From contig NC_057719.1 of the NCBI RefSeq assembly GCF_004010195.1, positions 42,039,284 through 42,059,283 of the forward strand: a stretch of 20,000 nt of DNA, given 5' to 3'. Each line of letters opens with the position of its first letter. Positions within the stretch are counted from its first letter, which is position 1. The position numbers were made by a program, and so were the translations under genes. Under the pieces are notes generated by a model. It searched no databases. It worked only from the letters and a program-made list of their open reading frames with translations, and had not been told where the DNA came from. This DNA comes from Chiloscyllium plagiosum (taxonomy: Eukaryota). This document shows, one piece after another, positions 1 to 8,596 of the stretch.

Positions 1-370
1 CATATATTTAACATGGATTTAAATTATTTGAAATGCAATTAATACCAAAGGCTTGCCTTTACAGAAGTCACACCCAAGGGAATGTTGTCCTTATCACATG
101 CATAGGGTTCAATTTAATTGTACCTTCAACTCCCAAGACTCTGATATCTCCCTGGAGCCTTCACACACCCGAGCTTAAATGTTCTCATCTTAAAATAAAC
201 ACTTCATGGTTTTAAGCAAACATTTCTGGTATGGAACATTCACTAAACTTCTTTAACTTATTTAACCTTTAATTCGAAAGTATTCGATCCTTTTCTCAGG
301 ATCAACTGCCGTACACATCCAGATTCAGTCAAAAACCATGCAGAACTGACAAACTGAAACAATGAAACTA

Positions 371-938
371 GACCATAAGATATAGGAGCAAACCTTGGCC
401 ATTCAGCCCATCGAGTCGGCTCCACCAATCATGGCTGATATATTTCTCAATTCCATTATCCCAAATTCTCCCCATAATCCTTGATCCCCTACTCAATCAA
501 TAACCTATCTATCTTTACCTTAAATGTATCAATGACGCCCTCCATTGCCCCCTATGACAAAGAGTTTCACAGATTAACCACCCTCTAGTTAAAGAAATAC
601 TTCCTTATCTCAATTCTAAAGTCTCGTCCCTTTTTTTCTGAGGTTGTGCCCTTGGGTCCAAGTCTCTCCTATTAGTGGAAACATCTTCTCCACATCTTCT
701 CAGTATTCTGTAAGTTTCAATGAGATCCCATCTTATCCTTCTAGACTCCAGACCCTGACCTCTCAACCACTTCTCATGTAACAAGTTCCCCAAGATCATT
801 CTTGTAAGCCTCCTCTGGACATCCTCCAACACCAGCACATCCATCCTTTCATACGGAGCCCACTGCTTCCTTTCATACTGCTCACAGGTTGTCTGCTTAG
901 AGGCTTATGCAGCCTCAACAGTACATCTTGACTCTTGT
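371..938 (-). mobile_element. Degenerate 3' fragment of a CR1-clade LINE (RT C-terminus and 3' UTR)
   Basis: Minus ORF 605-844 (LEDVQRRLTRMILG...RRIRWDLIETYRIL) matches the ORF2 C-terminus of the CR1 copy at 9247-9957 (LERVQRRFTRMLPG...RRFRGDLIEVYKMI). Boundaries approximate. Confidence 0.85.
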
Positions 939-1230
939 AAAGATCCATGCTTTGTGTGTTTCCCCTAATCAAAAGGAAAAACCCAATACTGAGATTCTAA
1001 ACCAGAACCGAATGCACTGCTGCTTACTTTGTTTGTCAGTAAAACTCCTCCAATAAAAAACTAAAACATCACTCGGTAATCTCTCCAGATTTCTCTCTCC
1101 GGGTTTCTCTCAAACCATGATTTAAAAGAAATCACCATGGCTATAGAAATATTTACAAGCTAATCAATAAACCCCTTCAGACACAGAGAAAACCCATTTG
1201 CCATGGTGACAAAAGTAACTATTAATATAC

Positions 1231-1386
1231 CAATGTCTGGGAGCAATGGGTTTGCGCAGAAATATTAATTCAGAATAATGTTTTACATCATTTGCCAACT
1301 GCAATTCCCGTAGGAACTTTGCAGAACTCCAGGAAATAGCAAACAGTAGTACAATGGATGTAATAATCATGAGAAACCAATCAGTA
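1231..1386 (-). CDS. Putative coding exon H of unnamed minus-strand gene (156 nt, phase 2-2); TM-like segment
   Basis: Acceptor ttttcagtttag| and donor |gtatat (weak). Only open frame: TDWFLMIITSIVLLFAISWSSAKFLRELQLANDVKHYSELIFLRKPIAPRH. Phase matches exon G. An alternative in-phase acceptor exists about 24 nt upstream. Confidence 0.5.
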
Positions 1387-1686
1387 CTAAACTGAAAAGC
1401 ACCGGGTGCCCTTGTTGATGTTAGATGCATCTTCAGCTTTACGTTTTTAACAAAGAGCTTTCACTGACATATTGAATTCCAAAGCAGCATCCAATTTATT
1501 TTTAAAAAATCTTCCACATTACAATCCTTCCAGGAAGGTAACAGAGACTTGATAATCTCAATGTGATATTATTATATCTGTGATATTATACTGACTGACT
1601 TAGAATATTAGGTAGAGCTGTAAAACAACTTAAAGTTAAAAATCACACAATACCAGGTTATAGTCCAACAGGTTTAATTGGAAGCA

Positions 1687-1721
1687 CACTAGCTTTTGGA
1701 GCACTGCTCCATCATCAAGTA
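1687..1721 (-). ncRNA. Degenerate minimal hammerhead ribozyme motif
   Basis: Reverse complement reads TAC-TTGATGA-T-GGAGC-agt-GCTCC-AAAA-GCTA-GTG. Both catalytic boxes carry one substitution, so it is probably inactive. Confidence 0.55.
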
Positions 1722-1982
1722 GTAGTGGAGGACACAATTGTAAGGCACAGAATTTGTAGCAAAAGTTTACAGTGTGATGTAACTGAAATTATACATTGAA
1801 AAATACCTTGATTGTCCGTTGAGTCTTTCACCTGTTCGAATACCATGATAGTTTCACATGGTATTCGAACAGGTGAAAGACTCAACAAACAATCAAGGTA
1901 TTTTTCAATGTATAATTTCAGTTACATCACACTGTAAACTTTTACTACAAATTCTGTGCCTTACAATTGTGTCCTCCACTAC

Positions 1983-2019
1983 CACCTGATGAAGAAGCGA
2001 CGCTCCGAAAGCTATTGTG
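1983..2019 (+). ncRNA. Minimal hammerhead ribozyme motif, partly degenerate
   Basis: CAC-CTGATGA-A-GAAGC-gac-GCTCC-GAAA-GCTA-ttgtg. Core boxes are intact, but stem II has a mismatch and stem I is disrupted. Confidence 0.6.
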
Positions 2020-2248
2020 CTTCCAATTAAACCTGTTGGACTATAACCTGGTATTGTGTGATTTTTAACTTTGTACACCCCAGTCCAGCACCGGCATCTC
2101 CAAATCATAAATTAAAGAAAAATCAACATATCAACAACCCTTTGTATAAAAGCTATATATCATATTTTGGAGGTGCCAATGTTGGACTGGGGTACAAAGT
2201 TAAAGATCATGCAACACCACGTTATAGTCCAACAGGTTTATTTGGAAG

Positions 2249-2283
2249 CACTAGCTTTCGGAGCACTGCTCCATCATCAGGTA
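2249..2283 (-). ncRNA. Minimal PLE-type hammerhead ribozyme motif, intact core
   Basis: Reverse complement reads TAC-CTGATGA-T-GGAGC-agt-GCTCC-GAAA-GCTA-GTG, with palindromic stem III AGCU and predicted cleavage after CUA. Confidence 0.7.
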
Positions 2284-2569
2284 GTTGTGAAGTATAAGAT
2301 TGTAAGACACAGAATTTATAGCAAAAGTTTACAGTGTGATGCAACTGAAATTATATATTGAAAAAGACCTGGATTGTTTGTTAAGTCTCTCATCTTTTAG
2401 AATGGCCATGTTGGTTTCAGTTCTTTCATATGTAAATCGCAAACTTATATGTGTGTGTATGTGTGACTGTGTGTGTAGAGGGGAGGAGTTGGTATGAGTG
2501 ATGTGAGAGTATGTGTGTATATGTGTGAATGTGAGTGTAAAAGGGTATAAGTCTGTACCCATGTACCCC

Positions 2570-2715
2570 ATGGGTACTAAGCTTGGCTATCAGCCTCTGC
2601 TCGGCCACTTTGTGTCGTTGCCTGTCCCGAAGACCGCCTTGGAGGATGGTCACCTGAAGGTCGGAGGTCAAATGTCCTGGACTGCTGAAGTGTTCTCCAA
2701 CTGGAAGTGTTCCCT
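2570..2715 (-). pseudogene. C-terminal remnant of a PLE GIY-YIG endonuclease
   Basis: Translation LPVGEHFSSPGHLTSDLQVTILQGGLRDRQRHKVAEQRLIAKLSTHG fits the PVxxHF..xH..DL.V.IL..R...E...I pattern of vertebrate Penelope/Neptune endonuclease ends. Confidence 0.8.
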
Positions 2716-2779
2716 TCCATGGGGATGGCCTCAACCGGGCCCTTGGGTTCATGTCACATACAGGTGACCCCACTGCACT

Positions 2780-2906
2780 ACTCACTCACTCACTCTCTCT
2801 CACACACATGCACACACACCCCTTTACGCTCACACACATACACACACTTTCTCACAGACACACATACCCCCACCCCCACACACACATGCACGTACACACA
2901 CACACA
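2780..2906 (+). repeat. Imperfect (CA)n-rich tract inside the PLE remnant; mirrored by a (TG)n-rich tract at ~2447-2540
   Basis: Low-complexity sequence seen directly. Confidence 0.9.
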
Positions 2907-3028
2907 TTCTAAGTTTGTGGAGTGAATTTGTACTTGCAGATTTACATTCTATTTTGCTCAAAAACTGCATGAATCAATGTAAGATTCTGTAAATCCCTTT
3001 GTTAGAAATAGAATCAGTCTAAACATTG

Positions 3029-3175
3029 TCCCATAGTGTTAGGTGCATTAGTCAGGGGTAAGTTAGAGTAGGGGAATGAGTCTGGGTGGGTTACTCTTTG
3101 GAGGGTCAGTGTGGACCTGTTGGGCTGAAGGGCCTGTTTCTGTACTGTAGCTAATCTAATCTAATCTAATCTAAT
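3029..3175 (+). mobile_element. 3' fragment of an HE1-like SINE or CR1 tail nested in the PLE remnant
   Basis: Ends in gggctgaagggcctgtttctgtactgta followed by a (CTAAT)5 tail, similar to the CR1 tail at 11035-11083. Possible 4-bp TSD ATTG at 3025-3028 and 3174-3177. Family name is from recollection of elasmobranch HE1/HER1. Confidence 0.7.
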
Positions 3176-3435
3176 TGAGGCGTAGACAGCCTCCACGGGG
3201 CACCTCACACTTTCAATGCATTATCTGAACCGATATGGCACTTATTGTTAAAGTCCACTTGAGAATGTAACTTTAAAAAGAAGTTCTGATATGAAATAAC
3301 TGAAACCAACATGGTCATTCTGAAAATGAGAGATTTAACAAACAATCCAGGTCTTTTTCAATATATAATTTCAGTTGCATTGCACTGTAAACTTTTGCTG
3401 TAAATTCTGTGTCTTACGATCTTATACTCCACAAT

Positions 3436-3470
3436 CACCTGATGAAGGAGCAGCGCTCCGAAAGCTAGTG
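3436..3470 (+). ncRNA. Minimal PLE-type hammerhead ribozyme motif, fully intact
   Basis: CAC-CTGATGA-A-GGAGC-agc-GCTCC-GAAA-GCTA-GTG. Stem I CAC/GUG, 5-bp stem II, palindromic stem III AGCU, predicted cleavage after A3467. Confidence 0.75.
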
Positions 3471-4571
3471 CTTCCAAATAAACCTGTTCGACTATAACCT
3501 GGTGTGTGATTTTTAGCTTTGTATACTTCATATGTTTTACTCAGTCACAATAATGTGTGTAATTTTTTTCCAGGAAGTATCAGAGGTTTTCCAACTTATG
3601 TTTTTAGGAATCTCTGACCCCTTGTATTTTTTTTCGCAGGAGAATGTAAGCCTAATATTCTTATCTATGGCTCAGAAATAAGTAATTATGCTCAAAGTGC
3701 AATAACTCTCAGGTTTAGTGCAACCATGGCTATGGTTTTCAAAATGCTTTGCAAACAGCCTTGGAAGTGAGGAAGAGGGGAGTAGCAGTCCAGACATTAT
3801 CACAAGAAGAATTGATTTTCCCAGGGTGGACAGGCAAGTCTGTGGGACTGGCAAGAGGATGTGAAGACAAGGTACTAAAGCACTTAAAGTATCATTGATC
3901 AGGACTATCATTTACTCTTTCCAACTTTGCACAAAACACACATGAACCACAATGGGGTCAAAACACAGATTTTTCAGGGCCACAGTTCAGGGCTGAATTC
4001 AACAGCCATCAGCTGAAACAGCTTGCCTTCAGAGGAAAGCTAAAGCGGTGATGCTGTACCATGTTGCTGTGAGGGGAGGAGTTGCCAGCACTTTGGAGTT
4101 AAGCATCTCTCATGATTTCTACTCACTGACATGTAGCTGCACTTAAAGCAGACTGAAGAGGGGGCTCGGGGGAGGGGCTGGATTTCAATGGCGTAGCTGA
4201 TGTAAGTACGTGTGACAGTGGCCGTCAAAACTGTCAGTGTCCATCAACCTTGGGCATTGTCCAATCAGGACTCGGGTCCTCCAGCTATGGCCACAGAAAT
4301 CAGGATTTCATGGTCACCATCAGGGGGCAACCACAGGTGGGGAAGTGGGAGATGCAGCTCAACATAAGCTCCAGCATGGCCCCAGCTTGTAGCAGAGGTT
4401 GTGCCGGCAGGGAATGAGCTACCTCTGTCTCAGTTTGAAGACTTTATTTTAACCAAGTATGAGAAAACACAAATTATCCAAAGATAAGTCTTTCTATCTA
4501 TGAAAAGCAGAGGCTCCATATGTATGTGCAAGGTTCCCAAATTATTCTTGCAATTCACTGATGATCCTTAC

Positions 4572-4643
4572 TTTGAGCTACTGTTTTCACTCTGTTTTCC
4601 AGCTTTCTTATCATCATCTCCGGTATGATTCGGCTGCTTTAAC
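4572..4643 (-). CDS. Putative coding exon G (72 nt, phase 2-2)
   Basis: Acceptor gcttttaag| and donor |gtaagg. Encodes LKQPNHTGDDDKKAGKQSENSSS, in phase with its neighbours. Confidence 0.65.
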
Positions 4644-4980
4644 CTTAAAAGCACATTTTCTTAACTGGACAGAGTGTTCTATTCAGGAATACAAGTGCCG
4701 CCCCAACTACCCAAACTTAAGGAACTTGCCCGAATGAAAAACAAAATTGTTAATAGTTGTTTCCCTGGTGATGTTCTACATGCCTAGATCAAATTCTGTT
4801 TGAAATTCTTCATGGAGAAGCCAGCTCACTTCACGACACAAGAACTACAGCAGTGACCAATTTGCTCAGACTTCCCTAACTGATATCCACATGTCATTGT
4901 GTTTCCTGGCATTTACCTAGGGGTGTCATTCCCTCCTTCTCAAATTTTAACTTAGCATTCTGCTAGCTAGTTTGGGTGAC

Positions 4981-5485
4981 TAGAGTCATAGGGTCATACA
5001 ATACAGAAACAGACCCTTTGGCTCAACTTGTCCATGCAGCCAGGTTTCCTAAACTGAACTAGTCCCATTTGCCTCCATTTGGCCCATATCTCTAAGTCTT
5101 TCCAATCCATGTACCTGTCCAAACATCTTTTAAAGGTTGGAATTGTACTCACCTCTACTACTTCTGTTAGCAGTTCATTCCATATATGCACCACCCTCTG
5201 TGTGAAAACGTTGCCCCTCAGGTCCCTTTTGAACCTTTCCCCTCTCACCTTAAACCTATACCCTCTAGCTTTGGACTCCCTGCCCTAGAGAAAAGACCTT
5301 GACTATTCACTTTACCTATGCCCCTCATGATTTTATATACCTCTAAGGTCACACCACAGCCTCTGTCGCTCCCGGGAAAAACATCCCAGCCTATCCAACC
5401 TCTCCTTATAACTCATCCAGTCTCAGTAACATCCTTGTAAATCTTTTTTGCATCCTTTCCATTTTAATAATATCCTTCCTATAGC
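4981..5485 (-). mobile_element. CR1-clade LINE 3' fragment
   Basis: Minus ORF 4994-5248 (RGERFKRDLRGNVFTQRVVHIWNEL...FKRCLDRYM) is a CR1 ORF2 C-terminus. Upstream degenerate RT sequence and a short tandem tail near 4981. Confidence 0.9.
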
Positions 5486-5792
5486 TTGAGTCTGATCAAA
5501 CAATAAGGCAGCATGTGAATGGAAGAAGTCAAATAAAACATTTTTCATCATTTGGGAAGAGATTTACAAAGGAACTCCTTTTGTGGCGTAAATCAATTGT
5601 CTCATGAGTATCATTTGATTTACTTGAGTTGCTCAGAAATAATTTGTCTACTGATATTCAAATTAAAAGAATTTCAGTGATTTATTATTTAATACACTGA
5701 TAAATTTGCAAAAGTTGTAGCTTGATTATATGGCTGTCAGGGTGAATAAATTATCTTTAAAGATGGTGAAATTTTACAGTTTAAGTACATAC

Positions 5793-5948
5793 AATCCACA
5801 GGATTTGCCATTCAGATCTGATGTACTAACTGTGATACCAGCTTGCCTTTGTGCTATTGCTGATAGATATTCAGATATATCTCCCAAAAATTTCTCCATT
5901 ACTTTACTCATGCTTTCATTTAATCCGATCCACAAAATAAATGCTGAA
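5793..5948 (-). CDS. Putative coding exon F (156 nt, phase 2-2)
   Basis: Acceptor ttctcacactttttaaaag| and donor |gtatgt. Encodes SAFILWIGLNESMSKVMEKFLGDISEYLSAIAQRQAGITVSTSDLNGKSCG, within ORF 5774-6040. Confidence 0.65.
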
Positions 5949-7134
5949 CTTTTAAAAAGTGTGAGAAATTGAATGTGTAATAATAATCCAAGACATGGAT
6001 ATACCGTGTCCATAACTATTGAAGTAATTTCTTTAAACATGAAGGTATCACTAACACTCCCATAAAACTATACAATAGAAGTACTTCACCTATTCAATCA
6101 CAGTGAATTAGTGATACAGATAAAATTATGTGGGATTAAGCAGTTTATTTTCTGACCAACTGTGAAAAACGTTATCTTTGTTATGTTAATGGTAATTATT
6201 CCATAATCCTGCCTACTCGTTGTGAAGCAAAACATTGATGTGAAGCTTCAGCTTCTTGAATTTCATAGTAGCTGGTGTCATAAACTGAAGGTATTTAAGC
6301 AGCTTGAACCCCTTCGTCATCTGACAATGCTTTAATAATCCATGTTTGATGCTATCTTGTTAAGCGACACAGAGGGATGTAGAAGTGTATCGAATGTAAC
6401 TTGCAAAAGAATAACGCGGAATGTTATCAAGCAGCCTCTTGTTGTATTAAGGTGCTGTCGTTCATGATATCTTTGGGATTAACCACATTTAAATGTATCA
6501 CAAATATGCAAAGAATACTGGAAGAATTTCAGAAAGCACCAAGAATGATCAGACTACAAACATTTTAATAAATCTACCAAAATGCAAAGATGCTCAGAGG
6601 GACAGAAATCCAGATTGATGGTTTAGAGTTAGTTTCTTTGTTTACTCAAAAAGGCATCAGTTTACTATAAAGGACAAGTTTTCACTGAACCTGGACATGG
6701 TCAATGCAAAAGAACCTTTTTAAAAATAACTTAAGTTTTTGTCTGAGTTATTGTATATTATTGTAATAGAGATAATTAGTGGGACAATACTTTAAAATAT
6801 ACTTTTGCTCCACAACTGCAATCCTTTAATACAGATAGAAAGCTGTGATCATGGTAACAAATACCAAATCAGAGCCTGGTAAATAAATATGCTAAAGGGT
6901 GCTATAGATAGTTAGCTATTCCCTCGATGATTATGCTTAGATTTGAATGTTACTCATGCTAATCTGAATAAATGTTTTATCTTTGCTCAAAGTTTGCGGG
7001 CATGAAACTGCAAGAGTGATCAGCTCAGCAATGCTGAAACATCTATATTTTACATTAACTGGGAACCTCTCCAAAGGCAATAAGAATTGCTGCTTTGGGA
7101 TTTTTTTAAATGGATAGCATATATTAACCATCCT

Positions 7135-7435
7135 GAATTGCTCAGAGGGCAGTTAAACGTCAACTACATTGTTGTGGCTCTGGAGTCAAATATAGACCAG
7201 ACTGTGTAAGGACAGAAGATGCCATCCCTAAAGGACATAAGTGAGCCAGATGGATTTTTTTTTCCCAACAATCGGGAATGGTTTCATGGTTATCATTAGA
7301 TTCTTAATTCCAGAGTTTTACTGAATTCAAATTCCACCATCTGCAGTGGTGGTCAAAAAAAACAGATCCCTCGAGCATTACTTGGATCTCTGGATTAACA
7401 GTCCAGTGATAATACCGCTAGACCATCACCTTCCC
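7135..7435 (-). mobile_element. tRNA-derived SINE (family not assigned)
   Basis: Minus strand begins GGTGATGGTCTAGCGGTATTATCACTGGACTGTTAATCCAG: a Pol III A-box-like TGGTCTAGCGG and an anticodon-arm-like CTGGA...TCCAG. B box is degraded; about 300 bp body. Confidence 0.65.
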
Positions 7436-7915
7436 TTAAATTCAGTGCACGAAGTACCCTTTTCTGAATTTGGATACAAGAGTAAACAGATCATAAGTGT
7501 AAAGTTTAGTGTGGTTTAGCAATACTTGGTACAGGTTCTGACTGAAAGGTTTAGCAAAAGAATTCCACTCCCACTATCTGAAACCTTTCACCTTGATGAG
7601 GACAAAAAGCACAGTTGAAAATATGTTGATGTCACAGTCAATGACACACCAAATTGTCAGTGTTTCAAATCAAATGAATGAGATTTCATTTACATCCCAT
7701 GTATAAAAACACCCACTGATGTCTGCTTATGATCTAGCAGCCAGAATCCTTTAATTAGCTAATGGTGACCAAGAGGCAGAGTATATGCAGAGTAAAATAC
7801 TTTCAAAATATCCTTCACACTTCAATCAAAATACAGAATATTCAATATGAAGTAAAGAAGCTAAAGTGAATGGTCAAGGTATTTGTAACCAGAGATACAC
7901 ACATTTGGTATTTAC

Positions 7916-7985
7916 CTGACAGTTAGATCACACATCTGCACTGGCTCAGAGAATGAATGTACAATGATGTGATATACACCATCAT
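7916..7985 (-). CDS. Putative coding exon E (70 nt, phase 1-2)
   Basis: Acceptor cctttcctag| and donor CAG|gtaaat. Encodes (N)DGVYHIIVHSFSEPVQMCDLTV(S). Confidence 0.7.
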
Positions 7986-8000
7986 CTAGGAAAGGTTCAT

Positions 8001-8050
8001 TATAGAACATTACAGCACAGTACAGGCCCATCAGCTCTTGATGTTGCACC
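8001..8050 (-). mobile_element. 50-bp CR1 extreme 3' tail fragment
   Basis: Reverse complement GGTGCAACATCAAGAGCTGATGGGCCTGTACTGTGCTGTAATGTTCTATA closely matches the CR1 terminus at ~11022-11070. Confidence 0.75.
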
Positions 8051-8241
8051 ATGAGAAACTGGGAGGCCAATATTCCAATGAATGGGTTCAGATAGGAAAT
8101 GCTTTTTTTTTTATCTCTTTTATGGATTCCTATAGAACTGGGCATTTCTAATATTTTTATTTCCAATTCGTATTTTTTGTTTCCTTTTATTTCCACTATA
8201 ACTGGTTTCAGTTACCAAGGATAAATAAATCTTCCTGTTAC

Positions 8242-8269
8242 TCAACACTGGTGCTGAAGGTTGTAAGTA
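8242..8269 (-). CDS. Putative small coding exon D (28 nt, phase 0-1)
   Basis: Acceptor cctttctttaaacag| and donor |gtaaca. Encodes YLQPSAPVL and exactly bridges the phase 0 end of exon C to the phase 1 start of exon E. Confidence 0.6.
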
Positions 8270-8596
8270 CTGTTTAAAGAAAGGATCAAATCACATGTGA
8301 TAGACCCATGTTCAAACATTAGATTGTTGATTGTGCAAGTGACCCAAACAACTATGAACCTGATTACATCTATATCAATGCATTCAAGACCGCCAGGATA
8401 ATAGATGGAAATAGGACAGGAAATAAACATATCTGTACATTTTACATAAATATTTTTAGGTCAGGATATTGTTATTAATATTCTTATTAATATTAGTATT
8501 AATATACTTGTATTGTTTTCTCCCCTCTTTTTACATTATGTGGTCTGTGCACTGTTTGCAAACAACATAGCAGTTAGGTGCTACTGTTGAACTGAC

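Larger units (their letters stand above)
1632..2108. mobile_element. Penelope-like-element-derived palindromic repeat (arms 1632-1847 and 1857-2072, 9-nt spacer)
   Basis: The arms are near-perfect reverse complements. They are homologous to the terminal repeats of the GIY-YIG-bearing element at 2167-3526, and each arm contains a hammerhead-like motif. Confidence 0.85.
2167..3526. mobile_element. Penelope-like retroelement remnant with inverted terminal repeats (~2167-2440 vs ~3290-3526)
   Basis: Internal minus-strand GIY-YIG endonuclease C-terminus, TG-rich and CA-rich tracts in opposite orientation, and a hammerhead motif in each terminal repeat. Inverted pseudo-LTR arrangements are typical of PLE insertions. 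Confidence 0.85.

Noticed and set aside
120..1141. Candidate downstream exons near 125-190 and 1028-1140 on the minus strand
   Set aside because: Splice-like signals exist, but continuation in phase 2 hits stops quickly. The gene's 3' end could not be resolved.
3612..3651. Plus-strand microexon-like pattern: ctgac branch, T-tract, cgcag|GAGAAT|gtaagc
   Set aside because: No supporting plus-strand exon chain, and it is antisense to the better supported gene. It can occur by chance in AT-rich DNA; only RNA-seq could rescue it.
3975..4430. GC-richer block with gggctgaatt and gggctggattt motifs, possibly an old DNA-transposon remnant
   Set aside because: No matching inverted terminus or TSD found, so it cannot be classified by eye.
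6216..6330. Minus-strand open stretch with AG/GT boundaries between exons E and F
   Set aside because: Its open frames do not give the phase 2-2 needed to fit the chain.
7385..7435. tRNA gene
   Set aside because: Only the 5' half is tRNA-like. The T-arm/B box is degraded and continues into a SINE body.
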